DNA from: Phyllosticta citribraziliensis
Taxonomy: Eukaryota
DNA: 64,000 nt
NCBI RefSeq assembly: GCF_038025025.1
Contig: NW_027117348.1
Location: 868,001-932,000 of the forward strand
Direction: 5' to 3'
The notes below the pieces were generated by a model. That model ran no database searches. It had not been told where the DNA came from and saw only the letters and a program-made list of their open reading frames with translations. Positions 26,355 to 41,700 of the stretch are shown in pieces (positions within the stretch are counted from its first letter, which is position 1; the number at the start of each line of letters is the position of its first letter). The position numbers were made by a program, and so were the translations under genes.

Positions 26355-27420
26355 ATAATAGAGGACTTAACTAATAACCCTACTACTAAAGATACTAATA
26401 ATACTATTATTTTAGCTAACTATAATATTATCTATCTTTATAAAGCTTCTATTACTAATATTATCTATTATACCTCTCAGGCTAATCCCTATAGGGCTAT
26501 AAAGGAGCTTATTTATTACTAGTATATTCCTAGTACTATTATATAGGACTACTAAGAGGTTATCTTAGATTATATCTATATCTACTTATCTTATAAAGAA
26601 TACCTAGATAAGTACTATAATTTTATTTACTAGCTATATAACTTCTATTAAATATAGTAGGAGGGCCTAGTTAGGCTAGATATAGTTATTAATAATACTA
26701 TTAACTAGGGAAGCTTATTCTATAATCTTAAGAGCTATAGCTATAATATAGCCTAAGACTTCTAAATCTTTAAGAAGGACTATAATTTACTAAAGGAGGA
26801 CTAGTAGTATAAAGATAAGTACTATTAGGATATATAAAATATAATTAATAGTAACTTTAACTTTACTAAGCTTAATTTAGATAAGAATAGTAAAACTACT
26901 ATATATACTACTAAGATAGGCCTATAAAAGTATATTAGTAGCTTTATAAAAATTACTAGTCCTTAGAAAGGTATTATTTATATAGATTTTCTTAAGAAAG
27001 AGCTAGCTAAGATTATACTACTAGAGCTTACTATTAAGGATAGAGGCTATAAGGCCCTACTATTAAAGTTAGTATCCTAGACTATATTAGATAAGCTAAT
27101 CTACTATATTAATTAGTATATTACTATTATAAAGCTATCTTATAACCCTAAAGTTATAGGTACCTAGCTAGTTTATAATAAGTATAGAATATCTTACCTA
27201 TACCTAGACCTTTTAATATAGTAAGGGTCCCTATAGTAAGGATATATATATTATATAGCTATTATTACTCTAGAGCTTATAGAGGAGTTACTAAAGTAGT
27301 CTACTTACTATAATTCTTTAAAAGATACCTCTATAGATATAGATACTAGCTAGTTTACTACCTTATTTAAGGAGTACTTAGGTAGGGAGATTTTATTAGG
27401 GCTATAACTATAGGTCCTAA
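26355..27420 (+). pseudogene. Extra RIP'd ORF (~350 codons, unknown function) downstream of element B pol
   Basis: One frame stays coherent, with only scattered TAA/TAG stops of the kind RIP makes from Gln/Trp/Arg codons. No motif recognised. Confidence 0.45.
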
Positions 27421-30400
27421 TAAAGATATAGATTAAGTCTTCTTATTATAGTGCCTAGTAGAGTGAATCAATATAGAATACTAATGATTAATAGGTAAGG
27501 AGTAAGAGTAGTTATTATATAGCCTATATAGAATAACTATCTACTCCCTAGCTAACTAGAAATGGCTAGTATATATATAAGCAGTAAATACTAAGTACTA
27601 AATACTATAAAATATAAACTATATATACTATAGCGCGTAATACTACCTCCCCCCCTCCTAGTAAGTAATATCCTTATTACTTAGTCAGTCTAACTAGCTA
27701 GTAGGTATAGGTTTAGGTATTACTTATAATAGTATAAGATAATATTATATATATTATTAAACTTACCATTATCTATATTATAAAATACCTAATCTAGTAG
27801 GTAGTTTATCTAATTTACCCTAAACTATAGCCTCCTATTAGCTAATATCTAGTAGCCTATAACCTCCTCTACTTCCTAATTAGTATCCTTATTCTTATTA
27901 TTATTATCTTATAGTGCTAGTCTAGTAGCTAGTTATTAGCTAGGTAATAGGTTATTACTAGTAATAATAAGATATAAGATATTAAATTTATTATAGGTAT
28001 ATAAACTAGTAGGTAGTTATAGTATAGTCTAGTTACTATAGATATTAGTAACTTAATATAGGCTATTATTATAGAAATTAAGTATAGTAGGATGGCTATA
28101 GAGCGTGTATATATAATCTATATAGATATATATATATTTACCTAGTTTAATAATATGATTCTAATACTAGTAGTTAGCTTAGATAGCTATTTATTATTAT
28201 ATAACTATAAGACTATACTTAGTCTTATCCTATACTTATTATATAGTGTGAGTAATAGCTTATATAGTCTATAGTTATATAGAATAGGTATCTATAATTA
28301 GTCTATAGATACTATAAGTAGCTACTTTAGGGTTAAAATTAGATTATAGCTTATAGCTATAATAAATATAAAAAGGGGAGTAGCTATTAAGGCTCTTATA
28401 TAGTATACTATTAGCTATAAATTAGGTAATAGATAATAGTAGTTACTAGTTATCTTAATAGAATTTAATAAACTATCTTAAGTAGTTTTTAAGGTCCTAA
28501 TTAGCTTATTTAGTCTAGCTATTAGTTTATAGATAATAGCTAGTAGATAGCTTTAAGCTAATACTAATAATATAAGCTAGGCCCTTCTATAGGTAAGAGA
28601 TAAACTAGTTACTATAGTCTAAGATAATAGAGAGAGGGAAACTATAGATAGTAAAGATATAGTCTATAAGTATATAAGTATATAAGCTATAGCTTTAATA
28701 GTAGTTCTATTATTTATAGTACTTATAATAATAAAGTAGTATACTTTACTAAAGTAGTTATAAATAACTAGGATAGTATCTATACCCTTACTATATAGTA
28801 GTAGGCTAATAAAGTCTATAGTAATATACTACTATAGCTATAATAGAATTAGTAATAGCTAAAGATAGCCTAAAATAGCTAGATAAGCCTTATAAATAGA
28901 TATAGTTTAGATAGTTATCTATAACTTAGGATATAAGTAAGATAAGGTATAGAAACTAAAATTATAGAGCTAGGAGGTTATATAGCTAGGTTTAGCTAAG
29001 GTAGCTAGTTAGTAGCTACTTATAGATATAATATATAAGGAGAGGCCTAAGCTTAGCTAGAATAATAAGGTAGCTATCTATAAAGATATTCTAATACCTA
29101 TTAATAGTAAATAGAGAGTCTAGTTTACTAGTATAATACCTCTAGTTATTTATTTTAGTATTATCTATAGTATTAGCTATAAGTAACTAGTAAATTATAA
29201 ATATATTATTATTATTAGTAGTATCTACTAGAGCTAGTTCCTAGTCCTTATATATTCTAGCTAAGAGCTTATTAGCTAGGAGTAGGGTTTAGTATTATAT
29301 TTATTACTAGGGGTTATTAGTAGTAGGGGTATCTTAAGGATAGTAAGTAAGTATATTAGCCTTAATATTAGTATAGCTAGGGTTATATATACTCTTAAAG
29401 TTATATTTAGAGAGAAGCTTAGCCTAGTAGGCTTAATAATAAGTTAGCTACTTAGTTATAGTAAAGTACTATAGTATCTAGTAATCTATAAATACTATAA
29501 ATAGTATCTAGTAGGCCTTAAGATTAGACTCCTATAACTCTAAGGTATAAATAATAGCTAGGAGCTTCTTATTATAGATAGTATAGTTAAGCTTAGCTAT
29601 TACTATAGTTTTAGAGTAGTATATAATAGGGTAAAGCTATTATTTATTATTATACTAGAAGAGAAGGCTACCATTAGTCTAATTAGATAAGTCTATTTCT
29701 ATAACTATCTTATAGGCTAGATTAAAGTAAGTAAGGACTAGTACTATTATAAGGGTATACTTAAGACTATTAAATAACTATTATTTAGTATTAGTCTATT
29801 ACTAGGTAGTATCCTTATATATTAGCTATATTAATAGCCTAGTAGTCTTACTATAGTCCTTAATAAATTACTAGTAGAAATTAGTAGTACTAAGAAAGAA
29901 CTAGACCTATTTTACTATTATAGGCTACTCTTAAGATATAATTATATTAATCTTAGATAGGTCTATATAGATACTATTAGTAGATATAATAATACCTAAA
30001 ACCTAAGTCTTCTAGATATAGAACTTATACTTATTAATATTAACTTATAAACTATACTCTTATAGCCGCATAAGGACCTCCTAGATATAGTATTAGTAAT
30101 CTATAAGGGTTTAGCTATAAATAAGGATATTATTAAGATATATAGTAGTATACTTACTAAGATAGTAGAATAAATACTTATTTATTAAGTATTACTAGGT
30201 ACTAGGGCTATTAGCTATACTAAATAGTATTACTAAGTACTTATAGGTACTATAGTAGGTCTAGAATATAAGTAGGTCCTTAGTCTACTTATCTATAATA
30301 TATATCTAGTAGAAAGCCTACTTAATATTAAGCTTAGTAATATACTTAGTACCTTATATCTAGCTAATTATCTTATCTAGTAATAGGAGGGGATAGTAGT

Positions 30401-32717
30401 CCTTTTTTATAAGTTTATTAAGCTTTTAGTAGTTAATATAGAAATAAATACTACTATTAGGCTTAGCTATAAGTAAAATAGGTAAGGCTATATCTACCTT
30501 ACTAGGCTCTAGTATACTAAGATTAATACCTTTCTAAATATACTACTTAATCTCTACTAGCTAGATATTATTAGTATAGTAGAGTAGTATATAGCTAAGG
30601 TCTTTAGATTTAGTACTATCCTTTAGTTCTATATAGAAGTTAGTTTATAGATAGGCTTAAGGGAGAGGGTTAGTATTATAGAGTATATCTAAAAGGTTAT
30701 AATACTTATAGGGGATAGTATAATAGAGGTAAGGTTTATTACTACTAGTACTAAAGGCTTATAAGATAGGCTCTAATAAGTAGAGTTTAGTATATTCTAA
30801 GTTTTTAATAGGAGTAAAGGTATAGATAGAGTAGGATAGTATTAAAGGTAGTAATTAGTATAATATTAGCTAATAAGCTTACCTAGGACTAGCTCTATTT
30901 ATTAAGGTAACTTATAGTCTCCTTAATAGAAGATATAGTCCTTAATAGCTATTAGCTTTAGTATTAGTAATATAATTAGGCCTACTCTATTAGCCCTAGC
31001 TTATAATATTATAGCTAGGGTAGCTAGCTAACTTATTTAATACTAACTTATAAGGGAGAGAATAGAGGATTATTATTAAGAGGTTAGCTATAATATAGGA
31101 TCTTAATAGGGGTTATAGTAGTAGGCTATAGTAGGGATAAGGTAGTATTATTTATAGATAGTAATAGTAGTAAGGTATAGTTATTAGATAACTAGCTACT
31201 AGTCTAGGGGAGAGTTATAGTTATAGTTTTAGGTAGTAGTATATCTATAGTAGATATATATAGATAGACTATACTAGTCTATAATATCTAAGATAATATC
31301 TAAATAGGTAGTAAGGATTTAATTAGCTTAGAAGCTATCTAAGGTCTCTCTAAAATATCCTAAGATTTAGCTAATAAATTATTTTATAAATTAGTACTAT
31401 ACTAGTATAACCTACCTAACTTTACCTCTCTAATCTTTAATAATATATATCCTAGATCTAGTATAAAACTAAACTAGCACATATACTCTAAGCTAATAAA
31501 TAAATTATATAAAGGACTAATCTAGGCAATTATTATAGAAGCCTATAAATTAAAAAGTATAGAATTATCCCTATATTCTAAGCTAAATAATAACCTAGCA
31601 ATAAGCTTATAGGTAAGATATTAGGTCTAGCTATATATATAGTTACTAATTATCTAGGGCTTATATAACTATTACTTCTAAGTACTAGTAGTAATAAGTT
31701 TATACTTAAGGGACTAGCTTATATATAGGCTACTAGTATAGCTAGATTTAATAAGGATATAGATAGGATATAGTTATATATTAGGATATATATAGATATA
31801 TATAGTATAAGAGTAGTAAGAAGGACTAGAAACTCTATTCCCTAATTATATTAAATAATTAATAGCTATCTTATAGGTATCACCTCCTATAGTAGTTTTC
31901 TAGGAGGCTACTTATTTCCTAATATCTTATCTAAGTCTATAATATCGCCCCTACTAATAATAATAATACCTAGGTCCTTAACTATATCTATAAACTTATT
32001 AGTAAACTCCTCTATACTAGTAGCTATATAGTTATAAATTAGCTGCTAATATATAGGCTTACTATAGGGATAGTCCTTAATCTAGTACCCTAGACTACTA
32101 TAATACTAATAGCTATAATCTTCTAGTATAGCTATATACTCCTATTTAATACTACTAGCGGCGCCTTTAGTAGTAGGAGTGGCCTAATAAGAAGGCCTAG
32201 CTAGTATAGCTATATAGAGGGTACCCTTATAGTAGTTTATTATCTATAGGGTTAGTAATAGCTTAGCCTAGCTAATATTAGTAGCCTAGCCTAAGATGTA
32301 TAATAGCTCTATATAGCCTTTTATAATATTAGTAATAGTAATATTATAGAATAGTTTATATAGCTTATAGATTAGCTAATCCTTAGCTATATAGCTATCC
32401 TAGCTAGTATATTAGGCTAATATATAGAATATATATAATAATATCTTAAAAGCCGCTCTAGTACTAGTAATATAGTCTATAGTAGTAAGCTAAGTAATAG
32501 TATAGCTTTACTAGTCTATAATACTATATAAGCTATCTAATAAGGTCTAGATAGCCTTAGGATTATTAGTACTAGTTTTACTATTATTATTATTATTAAT
32601 AATAATAGTAGCTAAAGTGGCCTTACTAGCTAGGTAAGAGTAAATATATATAGCCTTAGCTATATTATCCTAATACTAGCTACTATTAAAGAGCAGCTTA
32701 TCCTTAATACTACTATA

Positions 32718-35700
32718 TATTACGCGTCTGCGCGTCTTTACTTAGCGCCTAGCGCGTTTAGGGCAGTAGCCCTAGTATAGGTAGGGGCCCTAGCCTATAT
32801 AGTTAGCCCCTAGCCCTAGCTAGGGTAGTTAGTCTAATTAATATATATTTAGCTTATATACCTATCTATAGGATGAGTTATAAAGTAGTAGCTAAAAGTA
32901 CTATAACCCTACTAATTAATACTATAGTATAAGGTATATATATAAGAGTACCTACTAGAATATTATAGTATACTAGTACTATAAAGTTACTTCTACTACC
33001 CTACCTAAAGGCCCTAGTTTATAATGGTAATATAGATATATAAGGTCCCTTACTAAGACCTTCTCTTTACTAATAACTAAAAGACTAGTAGCCTACTATA
33101 GGATTAGGATAATATATTATCCTAAACTATAAAATACCCTTCTAATCTTTTACCTAGGGTATTAACTATAAACTACTCTAAAACTACTAGGATTCCTCCT
33201 TACTACTATAAATCCTACTATATCTAACTATCTTTATAAGGATAATATAATTAGTAACTAGGATATACTATTAGCCTAGGAGCTTAAAGCCTTTATAGAC
33301 TATAAGAAGAACTAAGCCTATAAGAATAAGCTACTTACTCTAGAGATCCTATAATAAGTAGAATAGATAGATTACTAAGCTCTTTAACCCCCTAACTACT
33401 TAGGGCCTATTAATATAATAGAATATTACTAGATAGTATTACCTAGATTATCTATTTTAATAGGATAATAGTAGTAATTATAAGAAAGGTATAGTTATTT
33501 ATACTATTAAGTAGGTAAGTAAGGTATATAATAGGCTATATAAGCTATTACTAGTATCCTATATATAAGTTAGTATAAGTACCCTAGTTACTCTAGGTAT
33601 AATAACTAGTAATATAAATACCCTAATAATACTAAGAACTAGCCTATACCTTTAAACCCTAGTAGCCCCCTTAATAGCTAGGTATAGTTCCTATTTTAGT
33701 TAAGGTTTAGTATATTTACTATTTAGCTAAGCTATAAAGAGCTAGCTAAATTAGACTCCTATACCTATATAAGTCCTAGGATTACTAGATTTATAAGTAC
33801 CCTAGTTAGGATAAGGATCCTTATATAACTAGCTTAGCCTATATAAATAATAGTCCCTAGCTATTATAGATAACCTAGTAAGTACTACTATACTAGAAAC
33901 TAAAAGCTTTAGTTTCTCTATATAAGTACTCCTAGACTATCTAATAACCCCTAGATTAGGCCCTTAATAAATAAATAAGGCCCTAGGAATAGTAGGTATC
34001 TCTAGAGTAGGAAGGGGAAGTATCTTAGTAATATCTTAAAGGTTACTACCTATAAGACCTTTAGTAACTAACCTAGTAACCTTAGGCTAGTTATTAGGGT
34101 AGTTAGATAATTATCCCTTAGGTAGTACCTATCTAATTAGTTAAGCTACCCTAACTATATACTTAGCTAACCTACTATCCTTATTAGCCTATATACCTAT
34201 TACTACTCTTTAAGGATACCCCTTAACTCTTATACTTAACTCTTCTATCTATAAATCTTATATAGAGTATACCTTATAACTTAATATTCTAGCTCTATTT
34301 AATAATTTAACTAAGACTACTCTACTCTAAATACTATAAGGATATAGTTATAGTTCCCCTAGTTTTATAAAACTACTCCTATACTTTTAATTAAGAGTCT
34401 AGCCCTTAAGTTAACTTAGCTAAACCTTAGTTAATACTTATAGATAGGAGAGTATATATTTATATACTAGTTTAATTATAGCCTTATAGGCCCCTATTAA
34501 TAAAGATAAAGGATATTATACCTCTCTAATAGAGATAGTTAAACTAAACCCCTAGTATAGTAGTAGTAAGGATATAGAGGAGATATTACCCTATAATAGA
34601 GAGAACCTATATATTAATTATAATATTAAGTAGTATAAAAACCCTTATAATAATAGTCTTAATAATTATTAAGGAGATAAAGGTAATAAGACCTAATAAA
34701 GGGTCCCTTTAAATCTTTTAAGTATTTAGAGATCTAGAATAATAGTACCCCTACTAAAATTATATACCTAAGCTTTTAATACCTATAGTACTAGTATAGA
34801 GTAAGTATAGGCCCCCTTTTCTACTAGGGCTACTATACTAATAGTCTCTATAGTAGGAATCTTCCTACCTCTACTAGCTTAGACTATAGGAATCTTTATA
34901 TTATTAGTATAGATATAAGGTATACCTACTATAGGTTTTAATATAAATAATATAGTTAGCTCTAATTTACTAGGTTTTAGAACTAGTACTACTAGTAGCC
35001 CTAGTATTTAAAGATTTATAGCTAGGCTAGGCCCTACTAGCTAAAGAATAGATACTTAAGGTAAGAAAAGATAGTACTATAATACTATAGATAAAATAGA
35101 GGAGATCCTATAAGGCCTAGTAGAGTATACTACTTTAATAAGCTAGATTACTAGACTCTAGGGGCTTATTCTTAACTAGTAATATATATAAATAGAAAGC
35201 TTTAAGAGTATAAATAATAGTATTAATACCCTCTATAGCTTATTAAGTAAGTACCTAGCTAGTCTTAAATCTACTAGTAATACTATAAATAATACCTATT
35301 ACCCCTAAGATAATATAGGTTACTTTTACCTAGATATAAAGGTATAGTACTACTAGGAATACTATACCTATTCTAGTTTTCCTCCTCCTAAAACCTATAA
35401 TTATAGAGGACTACTAAACCCTATATAACTACTACTACTATCTATTATACTTCTAGTTCTATTTCCCTAATAGTATAATATATAAATAGTCTCTACTACT
35501 AGTAGTAAACTAATAAATTACTTAATATATAGATAATAACTATAACTACTCTTATACTTTTCTATACTTCTACCCTAATAATATTAGCTACTTTAACCCT
35601 AATCTAGGTAAAGATAAGGTTAGCTAGGGTAGTAGTACTATAAAATATAGGAAAGTAGTTTACTATACTATAGAATAATTTATTAATAGTACTTAGATAG

Positions 35701-38700
35701 CTTATATAATATTTAGTACTAGAATAGTATAACTTAATCTATAGAAGTATCTTAAAGGAACTACTAATATATAGTTTACTTTATAAATTATAGAGGAGGA
35801 CTATATCTATATATATACTAGGGCTAGTATTAAATACTAGGCTACCTTACTTTAAGAGGATTTTAGTATAACCTAGTATAAGATAATTAATACTTTAAAT
35901 ACTATTAGCTTTAGTCTTAAAGAGGTATATAATAAGGGTACTAGAGACTTTATAATTACTTATATCTACTTAGGATATATAGCTAGTTTCTAGACTATCT
36001 ATAACTAGCTTACTAATATCTTTACTAAGATTAATCCTTTCTACTAGTAGTAGCTAGAGGAGCCTATACCTTAAATAACTATATAATCCTTTATTAAAAT
36101 AATTAAGAATTATTACTAAATCTAGGAGTACCTAGTATAATACTATAAAGTAGGTAAGGGAACCTTCCCCTAGTAAGGCTAGGAATAGATAACTAACTAA
36201 GGTTACCCCTATAGCTAAGTAAACTATAAAAGGACTAATAGAGGATATATAGCCCCTTAGTATAATATAAGTACTAAGAGACTAAGTAATAATAAATAGG
36301 TTATATACCTAAAATAACTTATATTACCTACCCTAGGAAATATAGGAATAGGATTAAAAAAAGAGTTAGGTTTAAAATTCTAGTTATAATAGTCTAAGAG
36401 TAATAATATAAGAGATACTAATAAGAAATAAACTACTTATAGATAGTACCTTATATAAGGTAAGGAAGCTAAAGATAAGTTTAGTAAGGAGGAGAAACTA
36501 GCCCCTAAAGAGCTAGATTCCCCTATCTCTAAGGTAATAGGAGAAGAGAAGATAGAATCTACTAATTAGCCTCCTAATATATTAGTCTATAACTATAGCT
36601 AATACTATTATCTAATAGCTTCTAACTAATCCCTAGACTAGCCTAATATAGGACCTAAACTAGTTTTATATATATAATAGTATATAATAGTTATTAGGAG
36701 AGGTTCTAGTTAAAATAATAGCTATATTACTATTTATAGGGTATAGGTTATTAATATAGTTCTTTAAGAGCTACCTATAATATATAGGGTAAGGATATAT
36801 TTATAGCTACTATTAATAATAAGTAAGAGTCCCTAAAAGGACTTAGGGCTATATAATAGGATAATATATTACCCCTTCTTAACTATAACTTATTCTAATA
36901 ATCTATATATTAGTATAGAGCCTACTCTTTCTATTTAGCTTAGCTATATATATTATACTATACTAGGACTAAAGGAGTAAAGCTAAAGGCTATACCCTAT
37001 TAATAAGTAGTTTATTTATAATAGTAAGTATAATAGATCCTAGTACTAAGGGGACTAATAAAAAGGCTTTATCTAGTAAGGATCCCCCTATCTTAATATC
37101 TAAATAAGTACTACTAGGGTTACTAGTAGATAATAGCTTACTAGGGTTCCCTTATTATTAGTCCCTTAAGTATAGCTTTTAGCTCTATATATTAGGACTT
37201 ATAGATATTATATATCTTAATACTAGGGTATTATCCTTACTAATTACCTAAGGCTTCTTATAAGAGTAACTACTAGATATAAAAATCCTTATACTCCTAA
37301 AGTCTATATAAATTAATAGTATTAGTACTATAATATTATATATAGACTATATACTCCTACCCCTCTATCTACTAGGGTATATAAAGGATAGTAAAGCTAT
37401 AGCCTATATCCCTTACTATATATATATTATTAATTAAGATATATTAGTCCTACTACTAATAAGGAATAATATTCTATATCCTAAAGTAGTAATTATAGAT
37501 CTTAAAAAGGATTAAGTAATTTAGCCCTACCTTAGTAAGGGAGGCTTTAGAATCTTAGTAATAATAAAGATATATATAATACTAGTATATTAATATATTA
37601 TAGTAAGTAAATATACTATAGTACTACCTTATAGTATTATAAAAGTACCTATCTATATACCTAGACTAATATTACTAATCTAATACTATAAGTTCTACCT
37701 TAACTATAGTATAAGACCTATCCCCTTCCTATAGAAAGGAGGATCCCTATATTCTATTATAGTAAATACTAATATAATATAGATTATTATATAAAATAAC
37801 TCTAATTAGACCCTAACTATCTTAAAGAATATATAATTAGATAGTCTAGTAATAGTAGAGTTTAATATAAGCTACTAGCTTATTAATAGAGACTATAATC
37901 TAATAGCCCTAAACCTATTACTCCTAATTATAGAAGAAGGAAGGCTAGATAATAGTATTCTAACCTTTAGCCCCCTTAAAATTAGGGAATATTACTAAAC
38001 CCTTATAGACTAGTTTAAGGACCTATTTACTAATTAAAAGGGGTTTATTAAGGTTCCTAAAGAGGAATAGATATATATTCTACTAGTCTTAGATTAGAGA
38101 GATAAATTCTAATAGATATAATTATATATAGCCTTATAATAAGATAAAGAATTCTAAGATAATACTCTTAACCCTATATATAAATAGGGTAAGGCTAAAT
38201 AGGTATAGGATAATATAAGTCTAGGGTTCCTAATCTTTATAGTATAGAAATAGGTCCCTAGTAAAAATAGGGAGCTTAAATAGAAAGGTTATATTATTAT
38301 TAATATTTATATACTAAATACTATTATAGAGAAGGATAGCTACCCTCTACTACTAGTATCTAATATTATTTTAGAAATCTAAGGGTACCTCTTTATTTTA
38401 ATAGTTAATATAATTATATTTTTCTACTAATAGAGAGTATATATAGAGGACTAATATAAGCTAGTAATACTTACCTATTATAGAGTAGAATAAAGTAATA
38501 TTACTCTTATAGGCTACTATAATAATATTTAGTATATATAATAATAATATAATATATTACTCTAGGATTACTAGGCCTTTATATACCCCTATATTAATAA
38601 TATTATTATCTTCTTATAATTACTAGATAAGTATATCTAGTACTTAGAGGCTATCTTTACTATATTAGATTAAGTTAATATAAGCCTATCTATTAAGAAA

Positions 38701-41700
38701 ACCTATCTAGGGTACCTATTAATTATACTCCTAAGCTAATAGGTATTAGGGCTAGGAATTACTATCTCTAATACTAAGATCTAGGCTCTTAAGGATATAG
38801 TTTTCCCCTATATACTATAAGAACTTAAGATATTTATTAGACTAATAGGATAGCTATAAGATAATTACCCCTATTATACCTAGCTAGCTAAGCCCCTAGA
38901 GGTAATTAAGATATTATATCTATAAAAAGCCCTAGAAGGTAAGTAAGTAAGAAGATACTTTATAGTAGCTAAGCTAATATTACTAGAGCTATTACTAATA
39001 GTAGTATTTAATATAATATATAATATACTTTATAAGATATATTAGAGGTTTTACTATAATCTATTATAACTATTATATATTAATATAGATACTTTAAAGA
39101 AGTTAGGATTTAGAGTTATTATATACTATATTACTAGAGACCCTAAGCTAGAAATAGAAGACTAGTAACTAAAGATTATAGTAGCTAATACTAATAAGGA
39201 GAGACTACCCCTATAGCTAAAATAGGTAAAGGACTTTTTATATTAATTAATTAAGCTAATTATATTCCTCTTATAATAACTATCTAATATAGAAATATAG
39301 TACTAGATTACTAAACTTAAGATAACTAGGGTATACTAGGTAGTTAAGAAACTATATACTTTAGTATAGTTAGTAGCCTATATAATACTTTTTATAGACT
39401 ATACTACTATAATAGTACTAGTATAGTAAAAGATATTTACTACTTCTTAATCTAATAAGTAATTAAATCTATACCTAATATAGGTATTATAGTATCTATT
39501 ATAATTTCTATTAACTATAAAATACTACCCTAAATAGAATTATATTATACTAGATACCCTAAGTTAGTTACCTTTAAAAGCTAGCTATAATAATAGAGAT
39601 ATTATAGATAAGGTAGAATTCCTAGATAATATAGATCCTATATAGTTTATAGTAATATATAACCCTAATCCTACTAGGGCTATAAGCTATTTCTATATTA
39701 TATTAGTAGAGATAACTAATACTTTTAAGAATAAGGTATAGGAAGGCTATATAATAGATCTATAATAGGCTTATATATTATAAGTACTTAAATAGGCTAT
39801 AGCCCTAAAGAGGTAGTTTAAAAGCTAGCCTACTAGGGTAATCTAAGATAGAATTAAGGTAGATATACCTATATTAACTAGGGTAGATATACTAGCCTTA
39901 ACTAGGGTAAATATATCTAGGGGGAGTAACTTACTAGTAGAGGCCCCTTAAGAAGAAGTAAGTAATAGGGAATAGCTATAAAGTATTAAGATATACCCTA
40001 ATAAGGATAATCCTATCCTAAAATTATAGTTTATCCTATATTATAGGCTTATCTACTTTATTAACTATACTAAGAAAAATAGGGAATACCTATATATCCC
40101 TCTAGCCTATAAGAAGGAGATCTTCTAATTTATATATAATACCTATAGCTACTAAGGCCCTAATTAAGCTATAGACTTTATTTAGGCCTTATTTTATATA
40201 TACTAGTTATATAAGTAGCTATACTTATATATAGAAAATTACCCTAACTATAAGTATATAACTACTAAATAGTACTACCCTTATAGTAGCTTAATACTAA
40301 TTACTATAGTTAAGATCCCCTTCTTTATATTATATACTAATTTTATTATAAAGCTCCTAGCTATTATAGATAGTAGTTTTAATAGCCTCCTTACTATTAT
40401 ATATAAGTTTTCTAAAGTAATCCTACTTACCCTAGGACTAGAAACCTAGACTACTAGAAAATAGGCCTTAATTTAGTTTAGGGACCTATATAGTTATAGC
40501 TAGGGCCTATCTAGTATATTAATCTCTAACTAGGATATAAAATAGCTATCTAAATTTATTATATAAGTTTTTATAATACTAAAGGTATAATTCTATAGTA
40601 CTATAGTATATTACCTATAGGCTAATAGATAGTTAGAATATACTAACTAGACTATAAAATATATAATATATTATTTTATATTTACTAATCCTAATTATAT
40701 ATAGATAGATATACTTCCCTATATATAAGGGATAATAAATATATCCTATAATATATCTACTAGGTATATACTATATAAGATTCTATATAGCTTTAATCTA
40801 TAAACTACTATATTTAGTAATCTTAAGAGTATAAGGGATATTAATACTAAGGTACTATATACCTAGTACTAGATAGAAGTCTAGGAAGCCCTAGTTTTTA
40901 CTACTATTACCTAGAAGGAGTACTATAACTCCTACTTAAGCTAGTCTAGTTTAAGGTTAGAGATAAGGTACTCTTATACCTATATTTTAGGTATAAGATT
41001 TATAGTAACCTATTAAAAAAGCTATAACTACTAAGAATAGGGCCTTATTAAGTAAAGAGAGTTATAGGCCCCTTAGTATATAAGCTTAACCTCCTAGAGG
41101 TAATAAAAATCTACCCTATTATATTAGTTAGCTAATTTAAATATAATCCTAATAATAACCCTTATAATTACTAAGTACTACTAGACTCTATACCTATAGT
41201 AAATATTAATAACCTAGCCTTAGAGTATAAAATTAAAACCTTACTAGACTACTAATATAACCCCTTTATAAAGTAGCTCTAGTACTTAGTTAAATAGAGG
41301 GGCTATAGCCCTTAGTACTAAGTCTAGTATAATATTAATAACCTTAAGAATACTATAGACCTTATTAAAGAGTATAATAAAAGACTTAAGACTAGTACCA
41401 CCCTATACTCTATAAGAAGATAACTACTATATATACTAAAACTACTAATATATACTATAGCTATATACCCTACTAATAACTATATCCTAGCTAATAGTAG
41501 AGATACTATTAAGCTATAGAGTAGCTATTAAACCTATTTCTAGGCTAGGTACTCTAGCCCTTTAGTAGTAATCCCCCCTATATAAGGGCCCTTAGCCTAT
41601 AGTATTTATAAATATAGTATAGTTAATATTAGTATTCCTATTCTTCCTTATTTCCTATTATTATTTTATATTACTATTTATATAGGAATTACCCCTTTAT

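Larger units (their letters stand above)
9458..27443 (+). mobile_element. Element B: RIP'd Ty3/gypsy retrotransposon, split in its integrase by element A; LTRs not resolved
   Basis: Gag N-terminal FEGDNV..FL motif ~10750. Zinc knuckle CWSCDKTGHMVRSC 11843-11884. Protease LVDTG ~13607-13621. RT PQG.TNSP ~15050 and F.DD ~15135. RNase H ~15630-15990. Integrase ~16430-16743 resuming at 24809, with GPFKI ~25410. Outer limits approximate. Confidence 0.85.

Noticed and set aside
31286..31600. Compositionally different stretch inside element C, possibly a small insertion
   Set aside because: No termini, TSD or second copy could be established.
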